A stretch of DNA of 64,000 nt. Origin: Azolla caroliniana (lineage: Eukaryota > Plantae > Polypodiophyta). The notes beneath the pieces are model-generated. The model made no database searches, was not told the DNA's origin, and worked only from the letters and a program-made list of their open reading frames with translations. The DNA lies in assembly GCA_043228905.1 (NCBI GenBank), contig JBHGNT010000018.1, forward strand, positions 10,416,001 through 10,480,000, read 5' to 3'. A program made the position numbers and the translations under genes. Shown piece after piece: positions 12,417 to 24,511 of the stretch (its first letter is position 1; each line of letters begins with the position of its first letter).

Positions 12417-13076
12417 TGTTGGGAGACAGGTCCCTCCGGATGAGGAGTACCCGGCTACGGAGAGCCGGATGATACAGAGCCGGAGTTTGTTGGGAGACAA
12501 GTCCATCTGGATGAGGAGTACCCGGCTACGGAGAGCCGGATGGTGCAGGCCCGGTGAGAACCGGATAAGGAGTACCCGGCTACGGAGAGCCGGATGGTGC
12601 AGACCCGGTGAGAACCGGAGGAAGAGACATATTCGTAAATATGTTTCTGAGAGCCCATCGAGGCTATATTTGTAAATAGCCGAAAAGTCATATTACGATA
12701 AATATGACTTAGGGCAAACTTTTAGTTGTTGTTGTCATTTTCTGTTTTGCACGAGATCAGTGTGCGTAACTGTACAGAGAGAGAGAGAGAGAGAAAGAGG
12801 TCGTTGCCTCTGTTGTAACTGCCGCCTGTGGCGAAGATCTGTGAGCACGAGGTCGTTGCCTCAGTGAACTCACTATTGTACATTCTTACATAGTGACAGT
12901 TTGCAGCCTGTGGGCTGCCGTGGTTTTTCCCCTAGTTCGGGGTTTTCCACGTAAACCTCCTGTGTATAATTTTTTTTTCTCCTTTGTGTCGTGCATTTGT
13001 TTCCCGTTTTTTGCGTATGAAAAGAAGCTCGGTTGTGGCCGAGTGTTGGACATAAGGAGCGTAGAGTTTCCTGTCA
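12417..13076 (+). repeat. 5' LTR of T1 (duplicated head, two ~54-bp U3 tandem repeats, GA microsatellite)
   Basis: Repeat of 18029-18620; TGTTGGGAGAC occurs at both 12417 and 12488. Confidence 0.93.
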
Positions 13077-13089
13077 AGTGGTATCAGAC

Positions 13090-16000
13090 AACGACGATAT
13101 GGGAGGTAATGCACATGAAGACAACGGCGTACATACGGTGCTTCATCGACATGAGCCTGTACAACAACTTCAATGAGGAGAGCAAGGCTCATGAGCTTTA
13201 GGAGAAGATCGGCATAATGTTTCAGAACAAAAATGCTATCAATCAGGTGTCGGTATTCCGGAAGCTGGTAAGACTCCGGTACCAAGATGGCTCCAGCATG
13301 GCGGAGCACATGAATGCTTTCTAGGGGCTGATCCACCAGGCAACTTCATTGGAAGTACCTCTCGCCGATGAGGTACTAGCGCTACTCCTGCTCGGTTCCC
13401 TCCGGGATAGCTGGGAGACGTTGGTTGTCACTTTGGGCAACGCCGGGCCGGAAGGAAAACGGTTATCCCTAGCAAGAGTAAAGTCGAGCTTGCTAGATGA
13501 GGAGGCGCTTCGGAAAGATAAAGATACGAGCTCCGACTCCAAGGCGTTCATTACCGAATCAGAACGCGGAAGACAAAGAAACCGTAGTCCCCAGAACCGG
13601 GAAAAGTCGGGGACACGGTCAAAGTCAAGGGGGAGGCCTACTTGCTTCTATTGCGGCAAGCCGGGACACTTCCAAAAGAACTGTCGGCATTTCCGAAAAG
13701 ATAAGGAGACCGACGGTACCGATTCGAAGCGGACCTCGGACCGGAACGGTAAAGACTGGAGGGGGCCGGACTGGAAGGGAACGACGGCAATCGCGGCAAG
13801 TGAAGAAGAGTTGATGCTCATCACCGAGGAGGGTGAGATAAACCTTGCCGGCGACGAGATGACCTGGGTGGTAGACTCCGGAGCATCGTTCCACCTTACC
13901 CCGGACCGGAAATGCTTCACATCCTACTCAGCCGGTGATCACGGCTGTGTCCGGATGGGGAATGAAGGTACATGCCGAATTGTCGGCATAGGAGATGTGT
14001 GGCTGTCGACACCAACCGGATGCAAGTTGCTGCTGAAGGATGTACGACACGTTTCGGAGGTTCGACTGAACCTGATATCAGCCGGTCGGCTAGATGATGA
14101 GGGCTACACGGGTAGCATCCGGAACGGTGTCATGAAGTTCAGCAAAGGGAGCCTGATTGTGGCTCGGGCCCGGAAGGTCAACACTCTGTACCTGATGAAT
14201 GCCCGGTTATGTCCGGAGGAAGTGAACGTGGCATCCGACACTGCCGGTGAGCTATGGCACAAGAGGTTGTGTCACATGAGCGAGAAGGGGATGAAGAGGC
14301 TTGCAGAAGACAACCTCATTCCAGTGAAGAACGTGCACTTGGAGAAGTGCACTGATTGTCTGGCCGGGAAGCAGAACCGGACCTCCTTCCGACCAAGGCC
14401 ACCGATGAGACGTAATGCACCACTGGAGTTGGTGCATACAGATGTGTGTCAAGTAGACACGAAGTCACATGCTGGAGCGCAGTACTTCGTGACATTCATA
14501 GATGACCACAACCGGAAGCTGTGGGCCACACCGTTGAAGTCGAAGGATCAGGTGTTATCCGTCTTCAAAGAGCTCCACGCGAGAGTGGAAAGAGAAACCG
14601 GCCGGAAGCTGAAGGCAGTTCGAGCAGATAACAGAGGAGAATACCGGGGGCAGTTCGAGGAGTACTGTCGCTCGAAGGGAATCCGGCTCGAATTTACCGT
14701 GCCGAAGACGCCAGAACTAAACGGACTGGCCGAGAGGATGAACCGGACCATAATGGAGAGGGTCCGGAGTATGCTAGCGCATGCAAGACTACCCAAGAAG
14801 TTTTGGGCTGAGGCACTGTTGACAGCGACATACGTGATAAACAGATCACCCTCAGTACCCTTGGACGGAGACACGCCACAGAGAGTATGGACCGGTAAGG
14901 AAGTATCCTACCGTCATCTGAAGGTGTTCCGGTGTCTCGCGTACGTGCATGTAGCTAAGGACCGGAGAGGAAAGCTAGATCCAAAGACCCGGCCATGCAT
15001 ATTCCTCGGTTACGGTGACGATGAGTTCGGCTACCGAGTGTGGGACCCGGTCGACAAGAAGATATTCCGGAGTCGAGATATTATCTTCATGGAGGACAAG
15101 ACGCTCGCCGACTGGGAGTCGGAGAAGAAGATAATGAACTCCGAGTCGACTGGTAAGGATCGACTCTACGATGAGCAGACCCAACCGACAAGAGACCGGT
15201 TAGCACTCGAGGGACCAGCCGGTTACGGTGAGGATACCGAACAGGCTGAAGAAGAAGTAGTGGAAGCTGAAACCGGAACCGGCCTAGACCCCGAATCGGA
15301 TTCAGATGAAGAGCAGATGGACGAGCCGGTTATCGAAGCCCAAAGACGGAGATATCCTCTCAGAGAGAGAAGGGCCCACCGGAGATTTCCGGATGCAGAG
15401 CATGTTCTACTGACTGATGAGGGGGAGCCGGAAAGCTTCGAAGAAGCGAAGGAAGACACCCACAGCCGAAAATGGTTAAGTGCCATGCAGGACGAGATGG
15501 ATTCCCTGCATGAGAACCATACGTACGAATTGGTGGAGCTGCCGAAAGGAAAGCGGGCACTCCGAAACAAGTGGGTGTACAAGTTGAAACCCGGAGATGC
15601 CGGCAACCCCCTGAGATACAAAGCCAGGATCGTGGTGAAGGGGTTCCAGCAGAAGAAGGGTGTGGACTTCGACGAGATATTTGCCCCGGTAGTAAAGATG
15701 ACCTCCATCCGGACGGTGTTGAGTATAGCGGCAAGCATGGACCTCGAGGTAGAGCAGTTGGACGTGAAGACGACATTCCTTCATGGCGACCTCGAAGAAG
15801 AGATCTACATGCAGCAACCGGAAGGATTTGTGGAGAAAGAGAAGGAGCACCTGGTATGCCGGTTGAAGAAGAGCCTGTACGGACTGAAGCAGGCTCCCCG
15901 ACAGTGGTACCAGAAGTTCGACTCCTTCATGACCGATCAAGGGTACCACAAGACGCAGGCCGATCACTGCGTGTTTGTGAAGAAGTTCGAAGGAGGCGAC

Positions 16001-18018
16001 TTCTTAATACTCCTCCTATACGTGGATGACATGTTGATCGTCGGATGGGACCAAGTCAAAATACGGATGCTGAAGAAGGCTCTCAACCGAACCTTCTCAA
16101 TGAAAGACTTGGGTCCGGCAAGATAGATGTTGGGGATGCACATCATCCGGAACCGGCCAGCGAAGCAATTATGGCTGTCACAGGAGAAGTATGTGACAAA
16201 GGTGCTTCACCGGTTCAACATGTCAGATGCGAGACCGGTCGGATCGACACTTCCGGCAAACAGCAGGCTATCTGGTAAGCAAAGCCCGAAGACGAACGCA
16301 GAGAAGGCGGATATGATGAAGATTCCATATGCCTCTGCCGTCGGGAGCTTGATGTACGCAATGGTTTGTACCCGACCGGACATAGGATACGCAGTCGGAG
16401 TGGTGAGCTGGTTCATGAGCAATCCCGGCAAGGAGCACTGGAACGCGGTGTCGTGAAGATTTTCGGCAATAGTGTAAAAATCCCATAAAACGTACGAAAT
16501 CGAGTATGAATCACGTAATACAATAATTGTGAAGATAACATTTTTAATATCTAAGTACAAAATGATGGAGGTTTCGAATGCACTTTATTACACGAGAAAT
16601 GGACAACTAAATGTCAAGATATGAGGGTATAAAGTTTGTGAAAAGAAAAGATAAAATTGTGAGATATCCCACATAGGCATGACAAATACGGCTCTCATCA
16701 TATATAAGGTGGAGCAAAAGATATTATCTTTGTGTCTATGTGTGGAGCATAGAGAGTTCAAGGTAACTTGAACTAAGAGTGAAGGTGGCTAGCTACTCGT
16801 AAAGGGTTTTGGCCAACCAAAATTGGACCGGCGATGGAGCCGGCAATCCGGCGGCGGCATCCGGCACCGGTATCCGGTAACCGACGGCATCCGGCGGCGG
16901 CACCGGTATCCGGCGACGGTATCCGACGTACCGGCGTCCGGCGACTACATAAATAAATATATAAATATATATACATATTTACATATACAAGGAGGGCAAG
17001 TATGGATTCAAACCTTGCACCTCCAAGTTAGGATTCAATTGGCTTACCATTAAGCCATGCTATTCAGTTGAAATTATATTTCTATCATTGTACTTTTACA
17101 TGTAAATTCTCATACATGAGAGCTAAAATGAGTGACATGGTTAGCATGCACCACATGTAATACTTAAGCGCCAAATGGCAAACATGCAATTTATGCATGT
17201 CTTGTACCCTCACATGCATCATATGCAGGAGAGCATCTATAAAAGAGGGAAGGGGGAGGAGAAAAAACACGGTTTTTTTTTATGAAATTAAGAAGAAGAA
17301 ATTCGTTTTCAAATTGATGGTGTAACTTGTCTTAAGTACTTTCTCTCTTTCCCAATCTATCTTAAGTACTTTCTCGCCAAAGCTTGTATCGACTCTAAAT
17401 CCTTCTGGTCCAGAACCCCGGCGGTTCCGCCTCACGATCCGCGCGTAGTGACGGATCTTCACGACAGCGGTCAAATGGATACTCCGATATTTGAAGGGCA
17501 CTTCAAATATGTGTCTACGATTCGGCTCCGGAAAACCTCAACTGGACGGTTTCACCGATTCGGACATGTCGGCTGATGTGGATACTAGCCGGTCTACATC
17601 CGGGTATGTAATGAGATATGTAGGGGGAGCTGTTTCGTGGCAGTCGACGCTGCAGAAGACGGTTGCATTGTCAACCACGGAGGCGGAGTACATGGCAGTT
17701 GTGGAAGCCGGCAAGGAAATTTTATGGATGAAGGACTTCATCGGAGAGCTCGGTAAACGGCAAGAGGAATACCGACTCTATTGCGACATTCAAAGTGCCA
17801 TCCACCTTGCTAAGAATGCGGCCTACCATTCCCGGACGAAGCATATCCAGCGGAGGCATCACTGGATCCGGGAAAGAGTAGATGACCAGGAGTTCGCACT
17901 GACGAAGATCCACACGGCCGAGAACGGGTTAGATATGCTGACCAAAGTGCTGACACCCGACAAGCTGGACGCATGCTGGAAGAGGATCGGACTGGTAAGA
18001 CACCCCATGCCGGAGTGA
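13090..18018 (+). pseudogene. gag-pol: T1 gag-pol; N-terminus deleted, in-frame stops, interrupted by a solo LTR
   Basis: CFYCGKPGHFQKNC, WVVDSGASFH, VHTDVC..ELNGLAERMNRT, LLLYVDDML, PYASAVGSLMYAMVCTRPDI, HSRTKHI. Confidence 0.95.
16449..17466 (+). mobile_element. Solo LTR (1018 bp) of the Trp-primed Gypsy group
   Basis: 12-bp terminal inverted repeat TGTCGTGAAGAT/ATCTTCACGACA. 4-bp TSD GCGG; removing it restores host codons NAVKW. Start matches the 60266-60951 LTR start. TATAAAAG near 17238. Confidence 0.88.
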
Positions 18019-18028
18019 AGGGGGAGTT

Positions 18029-18620
18029 TGTTGGGAGACAGGTCCCTTCGGATGAGGAGTACCCGGCTACGGAGAGCCGGATGGTGCAGGCCCGGTGAGA
18101 ACCGGATAAGGAGTACCCGGCTACGGAGAGCCGGATGGTGTAGACCCGGTGAGAACCGGAAGAAGAGACATATTCGTAAATATGTTTCTGAGAGCCCATC
18201 GCGGCTATATTTGTAAATAGCCGAAAAGTCATATTACGATAAATATGACTTAGGGCAAACTTTTAGTTGTTGTTGTCATTTTCTGTTTTGCACGAGATCA
18301 GTGTGCGTAACTGTACAGAGAGAGAGAGAGAGAGAGAAAGAGGTTGTTGCCTGTGTTGTAATCGCCGCCTGTGGCGAAGATCTGTGAGCACGAGGTCGTT
18401 GCCTCAGTGAACTCAATGTTGTACATTCTTACATAGTGACAGTTTGCAGCCTGTGGGCTGCCGTGGTTTTTCCCCTAGTTTGGGGTTTTCCACGTAAACC
18501 TCCTGTGTATAATTTTTTTTTTCTCCTTTGTGTCGTGCATTTGTTTCCCATTTTCTGCGTATGAAAAGAAGCTCGGTTGTGGCCGAGCGTTGGACATAAG
18601 GAGCGTAGAGTCTCCTGTCA
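18029..18620 (+). repeat. 3' LTR of T1
   Basis: Follows the PPT, ends TGTCA plus TSD. Confidence 0.96.
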
Positions 18621-18625
18621 CTTCG

Positions 18626-18965
18626 GACTATCTGGCGTGGGATAGAGCTCAAAATGAGACTCCCATTGGCCCAACCATGTGTAGTTTGCTTCTTCGGTTC
18701 TTTCCTTTTTTTCTCTCGTAAATGGCTTAACGACAAACGATGGTTCACCCTGTTGCTCATCAGGTCTATTAGTCTCACATTGTAAACTAATGACACGTGC
18801 CTCAAGAGCACTTTGAGATTGCCGAATTTTGGTCATCTTTTGAGCGGTGAAACTAAGGTATTGGCTTATTTGTGAAAAATACATCTCAATGGACATTTGT
18901 CCCAGAGGATTTCCTTGAGTTCCTTTCGCTTGAGTGGATGACATCAGGTCATTATTTTGAGCCAT
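18626..18965 (-). pseudogene. gag: Chromovirus gag N-terminal part
   Basis: MAQNND..VKPFTREK..TWLGQWESHF joins across the T1 TSD to ..GKAATWWRGL below 12411. Confidence 0.75.
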
Positions 18966-21040
18966 TGAATGATTATTTCTGGAAAGGAAATAGGATAAGG
19001 TCAGACAAATAGTCATAACATCCTGTCGTGATGTAAACATATCATGGGCAAACATTAATCGATATCATGATCTCAGGTCAATACCCCTCTAGACGTATGA
19101 GATGAGGTTACTATGGTAACACAAAGGTGTTTTAAAAACCATTGGGGTGACAAATTAATGTCTTTCCCTAATCTCTATATCGATTTTTTCATGGCCGCTC
19201 CCCGAGGCTCAACCATGTATGTTTGCGTCATGAATAGTTTATACACGAATAAAATGCTAACAATAAACTATGTTTCGGTGCCCACATATGTGGTTTCGGC
19301 TCTTTTAGTCCTATTACGAGGACCCCGAAGTGCACTTAGACCTCAAGTCTAAACATGTGTTATTGTCATATGTATCAACGATGTTGTATGGTCTTGGACA
19401 TATTTGAACTTGAGACCTCGAGAACAAATGCATTAAACACTTCAGCCAACCAAGTAGGTTGTTGTTCTTGAATGTTTAATATTTAATGCGTATAAGAGAT
19501 ATGCTAGGCATTTGCTCATATATGTTTTTTTAAAAGAAACATATATGTCAAGAGTCCTTATTTCCCCCTCATTTACAACAAACTTTGTTGGTACGTTACC
19601 GAACCTCAAGTCTTGTAATTACAATGGCATATGCCAAAGTGCAACCTAATGGTCAAGCCAAATGAGCCCTCTTTTCGTAGTAGGCCCATGTGGCCCATCA
19701 CATGGTTACGTCATTACGAATGCCTTTCGTAAGAATGATCTCATGGTGGCATCGTATCCATGTAATGAGGGAGGGATGTTGGATATATGTGTGATAAGAG
19801 CGACCTCACATCAAGAGGGCCAAGCCCTACGTTCTCAACACCATTGTGGCTAAGATTGTTTCATTATGTAACAAAATCGAAGTCACCAATGGGGATGTCA
19901 ATAATAAAAATTTGTTGAAAAAGGGATGGTGACAATGCCATTCTCACAAAAATGTGAAGACGGCCACCAAGATCCTTTCCCCGAAAAGGAAAACATTTGA
20001 TATTGAAAACTTATATACACATATGTATATTATCACATATATACAATCAAATACGTATACACGTGATCACATATGCATATATAAATGAAATCGTAATATA
20101 AAATAGCCAAAAATGATGTAATCGAGATACGTAATCGAGGCATATACCCTCTACGCACACAAAACATCTAAAAATAAGGGTTAATCGTAATACGCAATTG
20201 AGGTATTGACCTCATACGAATACGACACCAAACACATATCATTTACATACAAATCAAGGTAATGACCTCATACGCAAACGTAACATATGTTTGTGAACGT
20301 AATACGTAATTGGGTTATTAACTTTGTACACATATGACACTAATCACATATTAAATATATGTCAAATGAGGTATTGACCTCGTGCATATATCTAAATATT
20401 TTATATAACCAATTAATTACCACTACAACATCATTGAATTAATGAAAAAAAAATACATATGACCATATACATGATTAGAAGGGAGAAGAAAAAATAGAAA
20501 AAAAAAGCAAGAATGATTACCGAAATTCCTTTGTTGATCACTGTCTGGATCAATGCCGACCGCCCATTGATTGATCACCATCAATCAAGAAGACAAAACA
20601 CAACAAAAGAAACATTCGAATATGAGCTCTGATACCAACTATTAGAGATATGATCTAATGTAAGCGTATGATAAGGAGAAAAGAATGATAGATAGATAGA
20701 TAGAAAGGAGAGAGAGAAAGAAGGGTGCCGATCCACCGGACCACCCCCAAGAGAAGGGATCAAGAAGGACTCGAGCCTCAATCGGTGTCCCATACCACCA
20801 CTGTGGCGTCGAGTCGTACATGGTGCTAGTGCGCTCGCTACAAGAGTTGAACCACCAGGAAACAGAGTCTCGACGTAGTCAAAAGATGATGAAATGAGGG
20901 TAGCTAGGCCTCTTATTTATAGCGATACCCAAGGCCCCCAAGCAAGTTCACACTTGGCCTAATGGGTTGTCTCATCCCAAGTATTAAAACTAATCCTCCC
21001 CTTCTTTACCCTCTCGTTTAACCCTCACACTTATCCACGT

Positions 21041-24000
21041 TGTCGCGAAGATTCGCACATGCGTGTGCTACTCGAGCGACCATCGGGGTCTTGGACTAGG
21101 GAGGACGTTCGCGGAATTATCGAAGAGATGACGATGAACGTAATATTGGATGAAATTTGTTCACTTGAGAAGAAGAAATATTGTACACTTGAGAAGTAGA
21201 AAAATATGAAGAAGATAAAGACGAATATAATTATATTGATGATAGCGGTGTTGGTGATATCACATATTGAGCCCCCCTTTACACAAGCTCTACTAGGGTT
21301 TTTATAGCTCTCTTCATGCACAAAAGAACCATGGCTTTGGGGACACGGTTTTGCTTATGACATGCAATCCATGGTTTTAGAACCATGGTTTTGTGCACAT
21401 GGTTGTTTCGTCTTTAATTCGTATATGAAAAGGAAATATATAAAATTTACACTATATGATAGTTGTCCTAGTAGTAAGGCAAACACCTTGTATCTTAGAG
21501 GTGCAAGCTTCAAACCTCGCTTGCACCCCTCTGTATGAACTCAAGTGCCACTAGGCCTTAGGCCTATTTGCTAAGTGGATGTGCAACATGGTTTATTCGT
21601 CTCACTCAGTTTCACACCGTAACTGAAAATCGCCATGACATCCACCCCCACCAAACCCACACATCCTCTGGTATGTGCCGAGAAAGTTGAAGAGGTGAGA
21701 TCTTTGGCAACGGTGATCATCCGAGTTCCTCTGCACGTTCGTCGACCTCGTTTGACTTCGTCTTCCACTCCGAGTATGCCCAATCTTTCCAACCAAACCA
21801 CCGTAGCCACCCGATCCACCATATCCGGCGCTCACACCTTCTTCCCCGGTTGGTTGTAGTAGATCTACCGAATGATGTTGTCGATCTGACCGCTCTTCCT
21901 TCGTCCACCGCACGTGTCCTTCGATTGGACTCCTGGCCACTCCTCGCGCTCACCGTCTTCATCTGGGTGTTGTGGATCGTTCGTGTCGATCTCCGATTAG
22001 GCCAGGTTTTCCCTTGTCCATATTGGTCTCCGCCGATCGCTTCTTGGCTCGGTTGGCCTTCGTTTGCATTCGCATTTCGCCAAGTCGGGCTGGACCAATT
22101 GATTCCGGCCGGGTCAGCCCCCTTTTGGATCGGGATCGTCCGATCGATTCTCGCCGAATCAGGTTTCGGCCATGTGGATCTTCCTTCGTTCGGGCTGAAA
22201 TCCCGGCCGGATCGTCTTCCGGTTCGACCGGTTCTCAACTCTTCCTTCCTTCCCGCATGCCGCATCTCCATCGAACTCAACCGCGGCTTCAACTTTGGCC
22301 TCCTCGTCGGCCACATCCTTCCCTCCATGCATGCTCGCGTCGAGCCATATTGTCTCCTCTCCGCCACCTCCTTTATCTTTGGTCTTATGTCGACACACGG
22401 TCTCGACTGCCGAAGTCTCCGGAACCGGTGTGAAGGAATCCCTTCGTTCATGCACGTTTACCTTGTCTTCCTCATCGCCCTTCTGGTCCTCCGCTTTTCC
22501 GTCTCTCTAGTCTCACGTTGGCGCACGTGCACAACGGCCAAAGTCTCTAGAATAGGTGTGGGGATATCCTTTCATCCTTGATCTTCTTCCTCCTTGTGTT
22601 GGGCCTTCGTCTTCCCGTCACCACCTTCTGTCTCTACAGTCTCACGTTGGCACACGGGCGCAACCGCCGAAGTCTCTGGAACAAGTGTGGAGAAAGTCTC
22701 GACATGGCTATCCGTCGTCGACTCGTCCATAGCCACCTCCGACTCGATGTCATTTGTCATGGCTACCTCCTCAATCATGTCGGACTCAAACACTTTATCT
22801 CCCTCGATCATGCAAGATTTTCTCATGCTTGCACCTTCATCACCCAATGTTTCGTACACAATGCGTGTTTCGAAACATTTATCCTCCCTCGAAGTGGCAT
22901 TCCCCGTCCTCGAGTCATCGGCCTCCTCCTTGGCCGTCGTTTCTTCGTAAGACAAGAAGGTGACTTGTTTCGCACCTTCCCTCTCAGTACCTTCATACCG
23001 AACCTGAGCCATTGTATTGGCCACTTCATTAACCCGCATTTGTTGGGAGGTCTCTTCTTCCTTGATCACCATTCGCCTCGGTTTTGTCTCCCTTTTAAGC
23101 TTCATTTTTTTGTTGGTGGCGTGTTGCTGCATCTCGTCCCTCTTCAATCGTCCCTCATGGGCCTTCTTGTTGTCATCGATATTCTCGCTCGCCCCTTATC
23201 GTGTAGTCGGCATACACTTTCCACTTTGCTCCAATCCTCGATGAGGCCATTTGTACCGTCATCTTCTTCGAGTTTGAGGCCGATGGCAATCCTTTCCATT
23301 CGATCGATTGACTTCAAGAACATAAGGACCTTATCGACCGCCACCAATCTTTGTTCCTACTCCGAGAGTTGAGAAAAATGACGCTTGAAGTCTACGAATG
23401 CTTGTGCCACGCCTTGGTGGGTCTTCGCCGATGTCACACATTGGTCGAAGTTGCGTCGATCTTGTTCCTTCAGTCTCTCATAGCCATATTCCTCCAATAG
23501 AGCCTTCTTGAAAGTCGCCCATGAATCATGAGCTTCTAGAAGCTCTTTTACATCTTTGAAGATCAGTTGAGATACCACCCGACAAAAGTACTCCAGCCTC
23601 ATAGCTTCGTCCACACCTCTTAAATCCATCTTCGCATTGTAGACTTTTAGAAAACTTTGGACTTTGGTGCCGTTGAAATAGCTCACTCGCTCGACTACCC
23701 TCTCGATGGCTTGTTGGGCTTCATTTCGTCTTTCCCCTTCTCTCAGAAACTCCATCATCCTTTTTGACATTGCCTCCATGAGATATTCACCATACATCTT
23801 CGTCCTCCCTTGCTGCTCTTCACGTCGGGTTCACCAAATGATGTCGCGAAGATTCGCGCGTGCGTGTGCTACTCGAGCGACCACCGGGGTATTGGACTAC
23901 GGAGGACGTTCGTGGAATTATCGAAGAGATGAAGAGAAATGTAAGATTAGATGAAATTTGTTCACTTGAGAAGAAGAAAGATTGTACACTTGAGAAGTAG

Positions 24001-24449
24001 AAAAATATGAAGAAGATAAAGACGAATATAATTATAATGATGATAGCGGTGTTGGTGATATCACATATTGAGCCCCCCTTTACACAAGCTCCAGTAGGGT
24101 TTTTATAGCTCTCTTCATGCACAAAACCATGGTTTTGGGACACGGTTTTGCTTAGGACATGCACAATCCATGGGTTTAGAACCAGGGTTTGTGCACATGG
24201 TTGTTTCGTCTTTAATTCGTATATGAAAAGGAAATACATAAAATTTACAGTATATGATAATTGTCCTAGTGGTAAGGCAAACATCTTATATCTTAGAGGT
24301 GCAAGCTTCAAACCTTGCTTGCACCCCTCTGTATGAACTCAATTGCCACTCGGCCTTAGGCTTATTTGCTAAGTGCATGTGGAATGTTGCACATCCTTGG
24401 TTTATTCTTCTCCCTCGGTCTCACACCGTAACCGAAAATCGCCACGACA
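21041..24449 (-). mobile_element. Non-autonomous Trp-primed Gypsy-type element (gag plus low-complexity tail, no pol)
   Basis: LTRs 21041-21640 and 23842-24449. PBS TGGTGAACCCGACGTGAA on minus at 23819-23836 (tRNA-Trp). PPT GGTGGGGGTGGA 21641-21652. TSD ACGT/ACAT (one CpG transition). Confidence 0.93.
21641..23797 (-). pseudogene. gag: Gag capsid-like domain followed by an acidic, repeat-containing tail (broken)
   Basis: AIERVVERVSYFNGTKVQSFLKVYNAKM aligns with AIESIVGTIGRFGGKDATSYLEAYRAEM at 30090; the PETSAV repeats are shared with the 60944 ORF. Confidence 0.8.
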
Positions 24450-24511
24450 ACATGTATAGAATACTACGGTAAATTCTCACCACAATATATCATATGGTCA
24501 TGCCCATAACA

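Larger units (their letters stand above)
12417..18620 (+). mobile_element. Tnt1/Tork-like Copia element T1 inserted in the chromovirus gag
   Basis: TSD CTTCG at 12412-12416 and 18621-18625. LTRs 12417/12488-13076 and 18029-18620. Truncated Met PBS 13079-13088. PPT GAAGGGGGAG near 18017-18026. Confidence 0.97.
7923..24511 (-). mobile_element. Met-primed Gypsy chromovirus, degraded, carrying nested insertions
   Basis: 3' LTR 7923-8380. 5' LTR 20640-21040 plus 24454-24511, split by an insertion. PBS on minus 20624-20637, PPT 8381-8392. Order gag-PR-RT-RH-INT-chromodomain. TSD not recognisable. Confidence 0.88.
20640..24511 (-). repeat. 5' LTR of the chromovirus, split at 21040/24450 by a nested element
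   Basis: Matches 7923-8380 on both sides of the insertion; Met PBS adjacent. Confidence 0.9.

Noticed and set aside
16449-17466. MITE or DNA transposon interpretation (12-bp TIR)
   Set aside because: TG..CA ends match bona fide LTRs at 60951 and 24449, so a solo LTR fits better.
23819-23836. tRNA gene
   Set aside because: Only an 18-nt match to the tRNA-Trp 3' end including CCA; it is a PBS.
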